A stretch of 64,000 nucleotides of DNA, taken from NCBI RefSeq assembly GCF_004366815.1, contig NZ_SORI01000015.1:1148-65147 (forward strand). The letters run 5' to 3'. Positions within the stretch are counted from its first letter, which is position 1. The number at the start of each line of letters is the position of its first letter. The notes beneath the pieces are model-generated. The model was not told where the DNA came from, made no database searches, and worked only from the letters and a program-made list of their open reading frames with translations. This document shows, in pieces, positions 37,954-46,570 of this stretch. The DNA comes from Aminivibrio pyruvatiphilus. Its GTDB lineage: Bacteria; Synergistota; Synergistia; Synergistales; Aminobacteriaceae. The translations under genes and the position numbers were made by a program.

Positions 37954-38312
37954 TCGTTGTCTCTCCTTTCGGGCTGACCGCAGCAGCTTTCTTGCCTTGA
38001 CCGGAGGGAAGCGAGTTTCTCACTGTCATCGGCAAACACGGAATTATCCCGGGCCGATTGCCGGATCCACTCCATCAGGCCGGGGGCTACGGTTTCCGAC
38101 AGCCTGTAATAAACCCATTTCCCCCGTTTTTCCCATTCCACCAGGCCTGCGGCGCCGAGGATGCTCATGTGCCTGGAAACAGTGGCGGGGGAGAGGCAGA
38201 GCAGATCCCCCACCTGGCAGACGCACAGTTCCCCGGTGACGGTCAGTGCCAGAAAGGCCCGAAGGCGGTTTCTCTCTCCAAGAGCCTTCATTTGGGCAAT
38301 AATCGATTCCAT
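37950..38312 (-). CDS. arsR: ArsR/SmtB-family metalloregulatory repressor
   Basis: ELCVCQVGDLLCLSPATVSRHMSILGAAGLV (metal-binding Cys + HTH). Stop overlaps the arsC start. Confidence 0.8.
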   Translation of the reverse strand: MESIIAQMKALGERNRLRAFLALTVTGELCVCQVGDLLCLSPATVSRHMSILGAAGLVEWEKRGKWVYYRLSETVAPGLMEWIRQSARDNSVFADDSEKLASLRSRQESCCGQPERRDNE

Positions 38313-38335
38313 GACACTCTCCTTCCTATGATTCG

Positions 38336-38388
38336 TCATTTCGACAGATGACGAAATGAATATAATCTTCTCCCGCCTTCCTGTCAAG
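38336..38388 (-). promoter_or_regulatory. Putative ars promoter (TTGACA-N18-TATATT on the minus strand) with an 8-bp-arm inverted repeat (TCATTTCG-N8-CGAAATGA) immediately downstream, a candidate ArsR operator
   Basis: Minus strand reads cTTGACAggaaggcgggagaagatTATATTcaTTTCGtcatctgtCGAAATGAcg..., 25-75 nt upstream of the arsR ATG. Confidence 0.45.
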
Positions 38389-38799
38389 AGAAAAAATCCC
38401 GCTCCGAACAGGCCGGAACGGGACTTTTCCCCTCTACCGAAACATCCCGAAAAGACGGGATATGGCTGCGACGACCGCCGCTGCGATGAGGATGAGCAGT
38501 CACGGAGGACAGGCGAAACCTTTTCTTTTTTTCTCACCATCACTCATGGTTTATCACCCCCTGGGGGTATTATAGCAGAGAATGCCCGGAAGAAACGGGG
38601 GGGTGTTACGCCTGAAAAACTGCAGCATCAGGGCCGGGACCGCTCTCCTGCGGAATGTTCCTCCGCTTCGCTCCGGATGTTGCCCGATCGCTGCACCGGG
38701 AAGAAAACGGGAAGCTGAGGATTCCGCTCAGGAAAATATATGGTACATTATGGATCTCTATCGAGCGAATTGTATTTTGAAAGGACGTGGTTCGGCTCC

Positions 38800-39285
38800 A
38801 TGACATGGTTCCTGTATCTGGCGGCGGGAGTGTCCCTCGCCGTGTCGGCGGCTGCGAGCAGAGAGAAGACGAAGAAGGCTCTGAAAAAGGCGTGGAACAG
38901 CTTCATGAACGTTCTCCCGGCCCTGGCCGCCATGCTGTTTCTCGTTTCCATTTCGATCGCCCTTCTTCCCGAACGGGTTATTGCAGCCCTCATCGGCGAG
39001 GAGAGCGGGTTTTTCGGTCAGGTGCTGGCGTCTCTTATAGGTTCCATAACGCTGATTCCGGCCTTTGTGGCCTTCCCCATGGCGAAGGTGCTTCTGGAGC
39101 ATGGAGCCGGGGCGGCCCAGATGGCGGTGTTCGTCTCCACCCTCATGATGGTGGGCGTGGCCACCGCTCCCCTGGAGGCCTCCTTCTTCGGCTGGAAGGC
39201 GACCCTGCTCCGCAACGGCATGGCTTATTTCTACTCGTTCGTGGTGGGGTATGTTGTCTGGCTGGCGGTGACGGCATGGATATGA
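38800..39285 (+). CDS. Permease half-protein (COG0701/DUF318-like two-component membrane permease, N-terminal subunit); possibly ArsP-related given ars adjacency
   Basis: Four or more TM helices; family assignment is a judgement from topology and the ars context only. Stop overlaps the start of the next gene. Confidence 0.5.
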   Translation: MTWFLYLAAGVSLAVSAAASREKTKKALKKAWNSFMNVLPALAAMLFLVSISIALLPERVIAALIGEESGFFGQVLASLIGSITLIPAFVAFPMAKVLLEHGAGAAQMAVFVSTLMMVGVATAPLEASFFGWKATLLRNGMAYFYSFVVGYVVWLAVTAWI

Positions 39286-39848
39286 AAAAAACACTGAAGA
39301 GATGGCGCGCTGCCCTTGTCTCCCTGGCCGTCGCCCTTCCCCTCGGGATTTTGTTCCCCGAAGCGGGAGAGCGGGCCCTGGGGCTCCTCGGGATCAACGT
39401 GGCGACCATCCTGGGTATCCTTCCTCCCGTCTTCATTTTGCTCGGGCTGTTCGACGCCTGGATTCCCCGTGAGCGGGTCGCTCCCCGCCTGGGAGAGGGC
39501 TCCGGCGCACGGGGCATCGTCCTTGCCGTCCTGCTGGGGGCCGGTTCTGCCGGGCCTCTCTATATCGCCTTCCCAGTGGCCGAGGTCATGCTCAGAAAAG
39601 GGGCTTCGCTCCGGAATGTCTTCATCTTCCTTGGTTCCTGGTCCACCATGAGGGTTCCCATGATCCTGTTCGAGATCCAGAACATGGGCTATGTCTTCGG
39701 TCTCTCCCGCTACGGCGCGTCCCTCGCCGGCATTCTCGCCATGGGGTACCTCACGGACCGCTTCCTGGGACAGGATGAAAAGACCCGCCTGCTCTCCAGG
39801 TTCGGCGAAGAGGACCCCCCTTTCAAAAGCGGACCTTCGTTTCAGTAA
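39276..39848 (+). CDS. Permease half-protein (second subunit of the split COG0701-like permease)
   Basis: Multi-TM. Overlaps the preceding ORF by ~10 nt. Confidence 0.5.
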   Translation: MDMKKTLKRWRAALVSLAVALPLGILFPEAGERALGLLGINVATILGILPPVFILLGLFDAWIPRERVAPRLGEGSGARGIVLAVLLGAGSAGPLYIAFPVAEVMLRKGASLRNVFIFLGSWSTMRVPMILFEIQNMGYVFGLSRYGASLAGILAMGYLTDRFLGQDEKTRLLSRFGEEDPPFKSGPSFQ

Positions 39849-39928
39849 TTTCCGGTACCTCCGGGATCGGGTTGTGGGGTACAATACCCGGTGGCATATT
39901 TGACTCCGGTTCAGGAAAGAGGTTGCAT

Positions 39929-41053
39929 ATGGGCATTCTGAGAAAAGCGAACGTGTGGTTCTGGATCCTGGCCCTCGCCGCCGGGATGGGATTTCTCGGC
40001 TACAGGATCGCCGTGCCTTCCGGCGCCCAGCAGAGGACACCTCCCCCGTCGCCCGGAATCACAGTGACCGTGTATGAGGTTCAGCCCAGGGTCTGGGAGA
40101 TCTGGCGCAGTTTTTACGGCACGGTACGTTCCGCCCAGGTGCAGAGGGTGAACTCCCACACCAGGGAAGTGATCGAGGATGTGGCCGTGGAAGTGGGCGA
40201 TACGGTGAAGAAGGGGGACCTCCTCATTTCTCTCGCCAGCCAGAGCCAGGCCGCGGTGCTCAGCGCGAGGCAGGCTGCCTACGAGGACGCGAAGGCCCGC
40301 TACGAAAGCCTGCAGAAACTCTACCAGGCCGGGGGTACTTCGAAGCAGGAGCTCGACCGGGCCAACGTCCAGCTCAAGGACGAATCCGCAAAGCTCCGGG
40401 ACGCCCGGACCACCGTATCGAGAACGCAGATCCGCTCCGCCCTCAACGGCGTGGTGGTGCGGCGTTCCGCCGAAAAGGGAGAGTTCGCCGAACCGGGGCG
40501 GGAGCTGCTCGCCGTGGCGGACTTCGACCGGAGGGAAGTGGAGATGCTCATTTCACCCACCATCCGCGGCCTGATCATCCCCGGAATGGACGTCCTCGTC
40601 AAGGCGCCCTGGGGGGGCGAGACCACGGGCAAAATCTTTCGCATGGACCCCGAAGCCGACACCGCCACGGGATTTTTCCGCGCCATCGTGCGGCTGCCGT
40701 CAGACTGCAAACTCATTCCGGGCGACTACGTCCGGATGGATGTCCGCATGGCCTACAGGGAGAATGCCATTGCCGTTCCCTATGAGTCAATCCTCCGCGA
40801 GGACGGAAAGCCCTATGTCTTCGTGGTGTCGGGAGATGAAGCTTCCAGGAGGGATGTCGCTGCGGGAGATGGCAGCGGCGGCTACGTGGAAGTTCTCGAG
40901 GGCCTCGCTCCGGGCGAACGGGTGGTGAAGACCGGGGCAGGCAGCCTCTATGAAGGTGCCCGCCTGGTCATTTCCAACGGAACACTGAGGAAACCGGGAC
41001 AGGGCCCGGATGCGGAGAATAACGACAGTACCGGAAGTTCCGGAGGAAAGTAG
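39929..41053 (+). CDS. Efflux RND transporter periplasmic adaptor subunit (membrane fusion protein, HlyD family)
   Basis: N-terminal TM anchor, biotinyl-lipoyl-like hairpin, coiled-coil QAAYEDAKARYESLQKLYQAGGTSKQELDRANVQLKDESAKL, and beta-barrel C-terminus. Confidence 0.85.
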   Translation: MGILRKANVWFWILALAAGMGFLGYRIAVPSGAQQRTPPPSPGITVTVYEVQPRVWEIWRSFYGTVRSAQVQRVNSHTREVIEDVAVEVGDTVKKGDLLISLASQSQAAVLSARQAAYEDAKARYESLQKLYQAGGTSKQELDRANVQLKDESAKLRDARTTVSRTQIRSALNGVVVRRSAEKGEFAEPGRELLAVADFDRREVEMLISPTIRGLIIPGMDVLVKAPWGGETTGKIFRMDPEADTATGFFRAIVRLPSDCKLIPGDYVRMDVRMAYRENAIAVPYESILREDGKPYVFVVSGDEASRRDVAAGDGSGGYVEVLEGLAPGERVVKTGAGSLYEGARLVISNGTLRKPGQGPDAENNDSTGSSGGK

Positions 41054-41056
41054 TCC

Positions 41057-44000
41057 ATGAACCTTATCAGCATCTCCATACGGCGTCCGGTGCTGACGCT
41101 GGTCATCGTCATTCTTTTCGTGCTTCTCGGCCTTTCAGGCATGAGAGGCATGGGTATATCCCTCCTCCCGAAGATCGAGGTTCCCTTCGTGTCCGTAAGG
41201 ACCTCCTACACCGGGGCGGGTCCCGAGGACATGGAAACCCTGGTGTCGAAACCCCTGGAAGACGCCATCAGCCAGGTCCAGGGGGTCAGGCGCCTTGAAA
41301 GCACCTCCCTGGAAGGCATTTCCTTCGTTTTCATCGAATTCGACCCCGACATCAACCTTGCCGATGCCGCCCTCGACGTGGCCAACCGGGTCCGGACGGT
41401 GAATCTCCCCGAGGACGCCGACGACCCCGTGGTCAGGAAGTTCGACATCAACGCCCGGTCCTTCATGTCGGTGGTCTTCACATCTACGCTGCCTCCCCAG
41501 CGGGCCAGGGACATTCTGGAAGACAGGGTGCAGAGGCAGCTCTCCCAGGTGGTGGACGTGGCCGACGTCTCCCTGGACGGCGGCCTGACCCGGGAGATTC
41601 ACGTGGAACTCGACCCCGTGGCCCTGGGGAGTCTGGGCCTGAGCATCCGCCAGGTCACCAACATCCTGAAGAGCGGAAACTACAGTTCCCCCTCGGGGCG
41701 CATTTCCCTCGGCGACCAGGAATCCATCCTGCGGGTCGTGGGGGAATCCGTCTCGGTCCGCGAGCTGGAAGAAGTACAGATCCCCCTGCCGGGGGGCGTT
41801 TCGGTGAGGCTTGCCGACATCGCCACAGTGAGCGATACAACGGCGGAACGCCGCCGTCTGGCCCGGTACGGAGGCCGGGATTCCTTCATTCTTTCGCTGA
41901 CGGCCATTCCCGACGGGAACGTGGTCCGGGCAAGCCGGGCGGCGAGGGAGATGCTCGACCGCATCCTTCCCACCCTTCCTCCCGGGTTCACCATGACCAT
42001 TCCCTTCGACGACGGAGAATTCATCGCCGATTCCATCTGGAACGTCTTCCGGGACATGATCACGGGCACGGCCCTCACGGCCCTCATCCTGTTCCTTTTC
42101 CTCCAGAGGCTGTCGGTGACCCTGCTCGTGGCCATCGTCATGCCCACGGCCATCATCGCCACCTTCATGCCCATGGTGCTGGCGAAGTACACGCTGAACA
42201 TGATGACCACCCTTGGCCTGGCCATCTCCACGGGCGTGTTGGTGAACAACTCCATCCTGGTCATCGAGAACATCATCCGCTACAAGGAAATGGGCTACCA
42301 CCCCCTTGAGGCTGCGGAACGGGGGACGAAGGAGATCGCCATCGCGGTCCTGTCCACCACGGCCACCAATCTCGGGGTGTTCATACCCGTGGCCCTGTCC
42401 GGAGGGCGGATGGGGCAGATGTTCAACCCCTTCGCCATGACGGTGGTCTTTTCCACCCTCTTCTCTCTCTGGGTGGCCCTCACCTTCACCCCCATGCTGG
42501 CGGCCCGCATCGGCAGCTCCACGGGGCCCTCGAAGCTGAGCCGCTTCCTTACCGGGTGGTGGCAATGGCTCTACCAGGGTTTCGATGATCTCCACCACGT
42601 CCTTGTCCGGGGCGCCGTGGGGCATCCCTATCTTGCCCTTCTCCTCTTCGGCGGGCTGACCGCCGGCGCGGTGATGCTTGCGGACCGGATAGGCTTCCAG
42701 TTCTTTCCTTCTTCCGACGAGGGGCAGATCACCGTGTCCATGGAGACCTCCGCTTCGGCGTCCCTTACCATGACGGACCGGCTTGTGCGCCAGATCGAAG
42801 GGCATGTGCTGGAGCAGCCCCATGTAAAGGGCGTGGACGTAGTCATAGGCGGCGGCGGTTCCCGGGCCGGGCTCAACAGGGCCACCATGAGGGTCTACCT
42901 GGAGGATACCCCCGGGAGGCCGTCGAGCTTCGCCTTTGCCGCACCGCTCCGTCCGCTCCTTGCATCCCTTCCCGACATGAAGGCCAGCGTCACCGCAGGC
43001 GGGGGCAGGGGAGGCGTCCGGGGAAAGCCGATCCAGGTGGTGGTCCGGGGAGACGGGGTAGATGTCCTTAACGACCTGGCCATGAAGGTCGTGGGAGTTC
43101 TCCGGAATATCCAGGGCATCGTGGACGTGGACCTCGACTGGCGGACGGGCCGCCCGGAGATCCAGATGACTCCCGACAGGCTGAGAATGGGCCGGCTCAA
43201 TTTCAGCACGGAGAATCTTTCGGACCTCCTGAGGGGGTACGTCACGGGACTGAAGGCAGGGGTCTTCAGGGAAGGCGGCAAAGAATACGATATCCTCGTG
43301 AAGCTCAAATCCGAGGAGGTCTCGAGCCCCTTCCAGCTTCCGGACCTTCCCTTCCCCACCTCCGCCGGTTTCGTGTCCCTGCGCGACCTCGCCGCGCTCA
43401 AGGACACCATGGGACCCACCCAGATCCTGCGGAAAGACCGGCAGCGGTCCATCACCGTGGACGGCAACGTCTCAGGGATCACCGTGGGCGAGGTCTACGG
43501 CGAAATAGACCGGCGGCTGCAGGAGATTCCCCTTCCTCCGGGATACCGGTTCACCTATTCGGGAGAAATACAGTCCATCCAGGACAATTTCGGCGCCCTC
43601 AACTTCGCCCTCGGACTGGCGGTGCTGCTCACCTTCCTCATGATCGCCGCCATCCTCGAGTCCTTCGTCTTCGCCCTGGTGATCATGCTGACGGTCCCCC
43701 TGTCGGTCATCGGGGTGGTCCCGGCGCTGATCCTCACCCAGACGCCCCTTTCCGTCTACGGGCTCATGGGGGTCATCATGCTCGTCGGCCTGGTGGTGAA
43801 CAACGCCATCGTCATCATCGACTATGCCGAGATCGTGAGAAAAGAGGGAATGCCTCCCGAAGAAGCCATCATCGAGGCATGCAAGGTCCGGCTCAGGCCG
43901 ATCATCATGGCCGACGCCACGTCCATCATCGCCATGATCCCTCTTGCCATGGGCGTCGGGGCCGGCGGATCCTACAGGTCTCCCATGGCCATCGTCTCCA

Positions 44001-44113
44001 TAGGCGGCCTGGTGGCCGGGGGCGTTCTGGCCCTTCTCGCCATCCCTCCCGTGTACAAGCTGGTCTGGAAATTGAAGCAGCGATTCGGCTTCGAGGCGGT
44101 GGAGCAGGTGTAA
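41057..44113 (+). CDS. RND efflux transporter permease (AcrB/AcrD/AcrF family)
   Basis: 1018 aa; 12-TM, two-large-loop architecture. Confidence 0.9.
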   Translation: MNLISISIRRPVLTLVIVILFVLLGLSGMRGMGISLLPKIEVPFVSVRTSYTGAGPEDMETLVSKPLEDAISQVQGVRRLESTSLEGISFVFIEFDPDINLADAALDVANRVRTVNLPEDADDPVVRKFDINARSFMSVVFTSTLPPQRARDILEDRVQRQLSQVVDVADVSLDGGLTREIHVELDPVALGSLGLSIRQVTNILKSGNYSSPSGRISLGDQESILRVVGESVSVRELEEVQIPLPGGVSVRLADIATVSDTTAERRRLARYGGRDSFILSLTAIPDGNVVRASRAAREMLDRILPTLPPGFTMTIPFDDGEFIADSIWNVFRDMITGTALTALILFLFLQRLSVTLLVAIVMPTAIIATFMPMVLAKYTLNMMTTLGLAISTGVLVNNSILVIENIIRYKEMGYHPLEAAERGTKEIAIAVLSTTATNLGVFIPVALSGGRMGQMFNPFAMTVVFSTLFSLWVALTFTPMLAARIGSSTGPSKLSRFLTGWWQWLYQGFDDLHHVLVRGAVGHPYLALLLFGGLTAGAVMLADRIGFQFFPSSDEGQITVSMETSASASLTMTDRLVRQIEGHVLEQPHVKGVDVVIGGGGSRAGLNRATMRVYLEDTPGRPSSFAFAAPLRPLLASLPDMKASVTAGGGRGGVRGKPIQVVVRGDGVDVLNDLAMKVVGVLRNIQGIVDVDLDWRTGRPEIQMTPDRLRMGRLNFSTENLSDLLRGYVTGLKAGVFREGGKEYDILVKLKSEEVSSPFQLPDLPFPTSAGFVSLRDLAALKDTMGPTQILRKDRQRSITVDGNVSGITVGEVYGEIDRRLQEIPLPPGYRFTYSGEIQSIQDNFGALNFALGLAVLLTFLMIAAILESFVFALVIMLTVPLSVIGVVPALILTQTPLSVYGLMGVIMLVGLVVNNAIVIIDYAEIVRKEGMPPEEAIIEACKVRLRPIIMADATSIIAMIPLAMGVGAGGSYRSPMAIVSIGGLVAGGVLALLAIPPVYKLVWKLKQRFGFEAVEQV

Positions 44114-45417
44114 TGGACCGCAGTCTTCCTCCCTTCGAACGGGCCCATCCGACCAAGCTCTTCGCGGAGGTCACCACGGCGTGCAACCTCCGGTGCGCCA
44201 TGTGCGTCAAGCAGTCGGGGCCGGGAATTCCGGACGAATTTCTGGCCCGTGAAACCTTTGAAAAACTGGTCCCGGCCTTCCCGACACTGGATACCCTTAT
44301 TCTCAACGGCATAGGGGAACCCCTGCTTCACCCTGAACTCGAGGAGTTCATCAAAACGGCCAGGCGCCATCTTCCTCGGGAGGCCGTCATCGGATTCCAG
44401 ACGAACGGGTCCCTTCTGACGGACGAAAGGGCTTTCTCTCTTCTTGCCGCCGGAACGGACACCATCAGCATCTCCGTGGATGCCGCCGATCCGGCCCTCT
44501 TCCGTTCCATGAGGGAAGGAGGGGAGACGGAAGACGTGAACCGGGCCGCCGCCGCTCTCGGGAGGGCAAAGGAACGGGCCCGAAGAACATGCTTCCGCTG
44601 GGGGGCTGAACTGGTGCTCGCGAAAGAGACCACCGGAGAGCTCCCCAAGGTCATCGAATGGGTGGCCGCGCGGGGAGGTTCCTTCCTGCTCGTCACCCAT
44701 ATTCTTCCCTATCGGGAGGAAGCTGTTCCGTCGGTGGCCTACGACCCCAACGTGGACAGGTCCCTCGCCCATTACCGGAAACGGAAGCTGGAAGCGGCGG
44801 AGCAGGGAATCGACCTGTCTCTGTACTACACCGCGAAATGGCGGCTGGCCCCGGTGGAGCGCCGGGAGGAGATCATTACCTTTCTGGAGAAGGTGGTGCA
44901 GGAAATCTCGGACATGGGGCTGCCCCAGCACATTCCGAACCTGGTGGCCCACGATGAGGATCAGTACAGGAAAATGGAACGGCTCTTCGGGGAAAGCCGT
45001 GCTCTGGCGCAGGCCCGGGGGGTGGATCTGCGCCTTCCCTCCCTCAGCCCCAGGATGGACCGGCGGTGCGATTTCATCGAGGAAGGCAGCGCGTTCCTGT
45101 CCGTTTCCGGCACGGTCCACCCCTGCTATTTCCTCTGGCATTCCTTCACCTGCCATGCCGACGGACGGATCCGTCCCGTGGACGCCCTTTCCTTCGGATC
45201 AGTCCATGACCGTCCGCTGCTCGACATATGGAACAGCCCGGAGTTTGCCGCCTACCGCCGGGAGATCGGCACCTACCCCTTCCCCCACTGCGGGAACTGC
45301 AGCCTTGCCCCCTGCGACTACATCGAGCGCCATGAATTCGAGCAGGACTGCCTGGGGAACCGGCTCACCTGCGGCTCCTGTCCCTGGAGCCTCGGGGTGC
45401 TGCAGTGCATGAGATAG
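44113..45417 (+). CDS. Radical SAM / SPASM-domain protein, translationally coupled (TAATG) to the RND pump gene
   Basis: N-terminal FAEVTTACNLRCAMCV (CxxxCxxC). C-terminal Cys-rich SPASM-like region with at least 7 further Cys. Confidence 0.8.
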   Translation: MDRSLPPFERAHPTKLFAEVTTACNLRCAMCVKQSGPGIPDEFLARETFEKLVPAFPTLDTLILNGIGEPLLHPELEEFIKTARRHLPREAVIGFQTNGSLLTDERAFSLLAAGTDTISISVDAADPALFRSMREGGETEDVNRAAAALGRAKERARRTCFRWGAELVLAKETTGELPKVIEWVAARGGSFLLVTHILPYREEAVPSVAYDPNVDRSLAHYRKRKLEAAEQGIDLSLYYTAKWRLAPVERREEIITFLEKVVQEISDMGLPQHIPNLVAHDEDQYRKMERLFGESRALAQARGVDLRLPSLSPRMDRRCDFIEEGSAFLSVSGTVHPCYFLWHSFTCHADGRIRPVDALSFGSVHDRPLLDIWNSPEFAAYRREIGTYPFPHCGNCSLAPCDYIERHEFEQDCLGNRLTCGSCPWSLGVLQCMR

Positions 45418-45420
45418 AAA

Positions 45421-45452
45421 GGGGCCTGCCGGAGCAGGCCCCTTTCCTTTTC
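45421..45452 (+). terminator. Rho-independent terminator after the rSAM gene
   Basis: GGGGCCTGC-cgga-GCAGGCCCC perfect 9-bp stem followed by TTTCCTTTTC. Confidence 0.6.
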
Positions 45453-46027
45453 TACATGGAGAACTTCGTGTACCCCGGCGGAAGGGAGAAGAGCCCGTCG
45501 TCAAGTTTCCCTTTCCGGATGTTCCTGTACAGGATGGTGGCTGTATCCTGGGGATTTTTGGTGTAAATTTTCAGCGGGTAGTTCAGTTCCCTGGAAACCC
45601 ACACGGTTCCTTCCCCGAGCTTTTTGTCGTTGTAGACGATGTGGTACACGTCGCAGGAAAAGCCTTCGACGGTTTCGGTTCCCTTCTTCGTCACTTTTCC
45701 CTGCTCCGCCATCTTTGCCTCCAGGTTTTCCGAACCGTCGAGGGTGACCTGGGTGTTCTGCATTTCCATGTACATCTTCATCCCGGGAAGAAGGACATAC
45801 ATCACGGGTCCCCCGGAAGGAATGATGGTGGACTGCACCCCGATAGGAGTCTCCAGATCCTGCCTCAGGGAGTTTCCTTTCACGAACACCTTTCCGCTCA
45901 TGTCTCCTCCTGCCGCTTTGGAGGAAATGACCATGTCAGCGGTGAATTCAGCGGCCAATGAGGCGCCGGGAAGAAGAAAAACCAGAAGAAGAGCCCACCA
46001 CAATGTTCTTTTCGATCCAAAATGCAT
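45452..46027 (-). CDS. Secreted hypothetical protein (LolA-like/DUF4412-like beta-sandwich lipoprotein candidate)
   Basis: Signal peptide MHFGSKRTLWWALLLVFLLPGASLAAE; ~170-aa mature domain. Confidence 0.4.
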   Translation of the reverse strand: MHFGSKRTLWWALLLVFLLPGASLAAEFTADMVISSKAAGGDMSGKVFVKGNSLRQDLETPIGVQSTIIPSGGPVMYVLLPGMKMYMEMQNTQVTLDGSENLEAKMAEQGKVTKKGTETVEGFSCDVYHIVYNDKKLGEGTVWVSRELNYPLKIYTKNPQDTATILYRNIRKGKLDDGLFSLPPGYTKFSM

Positions 46028-46252
46028 GATCTTCAACTCCTGTTCATTATGATATGGTTCGTTTTCCCTGTTTGCCGCTATTGTAACCTCTTTTTGCACG
46101 TATAAGGCATTCTCTCCGGGGAACTGCAATGAGTATGAGTATTTTCAGTTTTCTTTCTCCTTCGGGGAGAGGGTATAATGAATCAGCAGGGCAGCATCCG
46201 GTCAGGCTTCATGGTTGTCCGCGCAAATACGCCTTTTGGAGGAGGAAGAAAC

Positions 46253-46549
46253 ATGATTATCGTATCCGCATCCTTTACTGCGAAACCAGGAATGAGGGAC
46301 GCCATCGCTGAGATTTCCCGAAAGGCCGTGGAGCTCACGAGACAGGAAAAGGGAAACATCAGCTACACCCTCTTCAAGAGCAGTGATGACGACGTCACCA
46401 TGATGTATTTCGAGGAATGGGAGAGTCTGGATGACCTGCGGGCGCACCTGAAGACGGACCATATCCGGGAGGCGAGGGAGGCCCGGAAGGATATGCTGGA
46501 AGGCACGGTGCGGGTTCGGGTGTTCGAGTCGAAGGAAGTGGAACTCTAG
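46253..46549 (+). CDS. Antibiotic-biosynthesis-monooxygenase (ABM/Dabb) family protein
   Basis: MIIVSASFTAKPGMRDAIAEI...ISYTLFKSSDDDVTMMYFEEWESLDDLRAHL has the ferredoxin-like ABM fold pattern. RBS GGAGGAGGAAG. Confidence 0.7.
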   Translation: MIIVSASFTAKPGMRDAIAEISRKAVELTRQEKGNISYTLFKSSDDDVTMMYFEEWESLDDLRAHLKTDHIREAREARKDMLEGTVRVRVFESKEVEL

Positions 46550-46570
46550 ACAGGAGTTGATTTACTCTTA

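Noticed and set aside
38356-38718. ORF 38356-38718 (+) between arsR and the split permease
   Set aside because: Low-complexity translation with no RBS. It spans the arsR promoter region, so it is probably non-coding.
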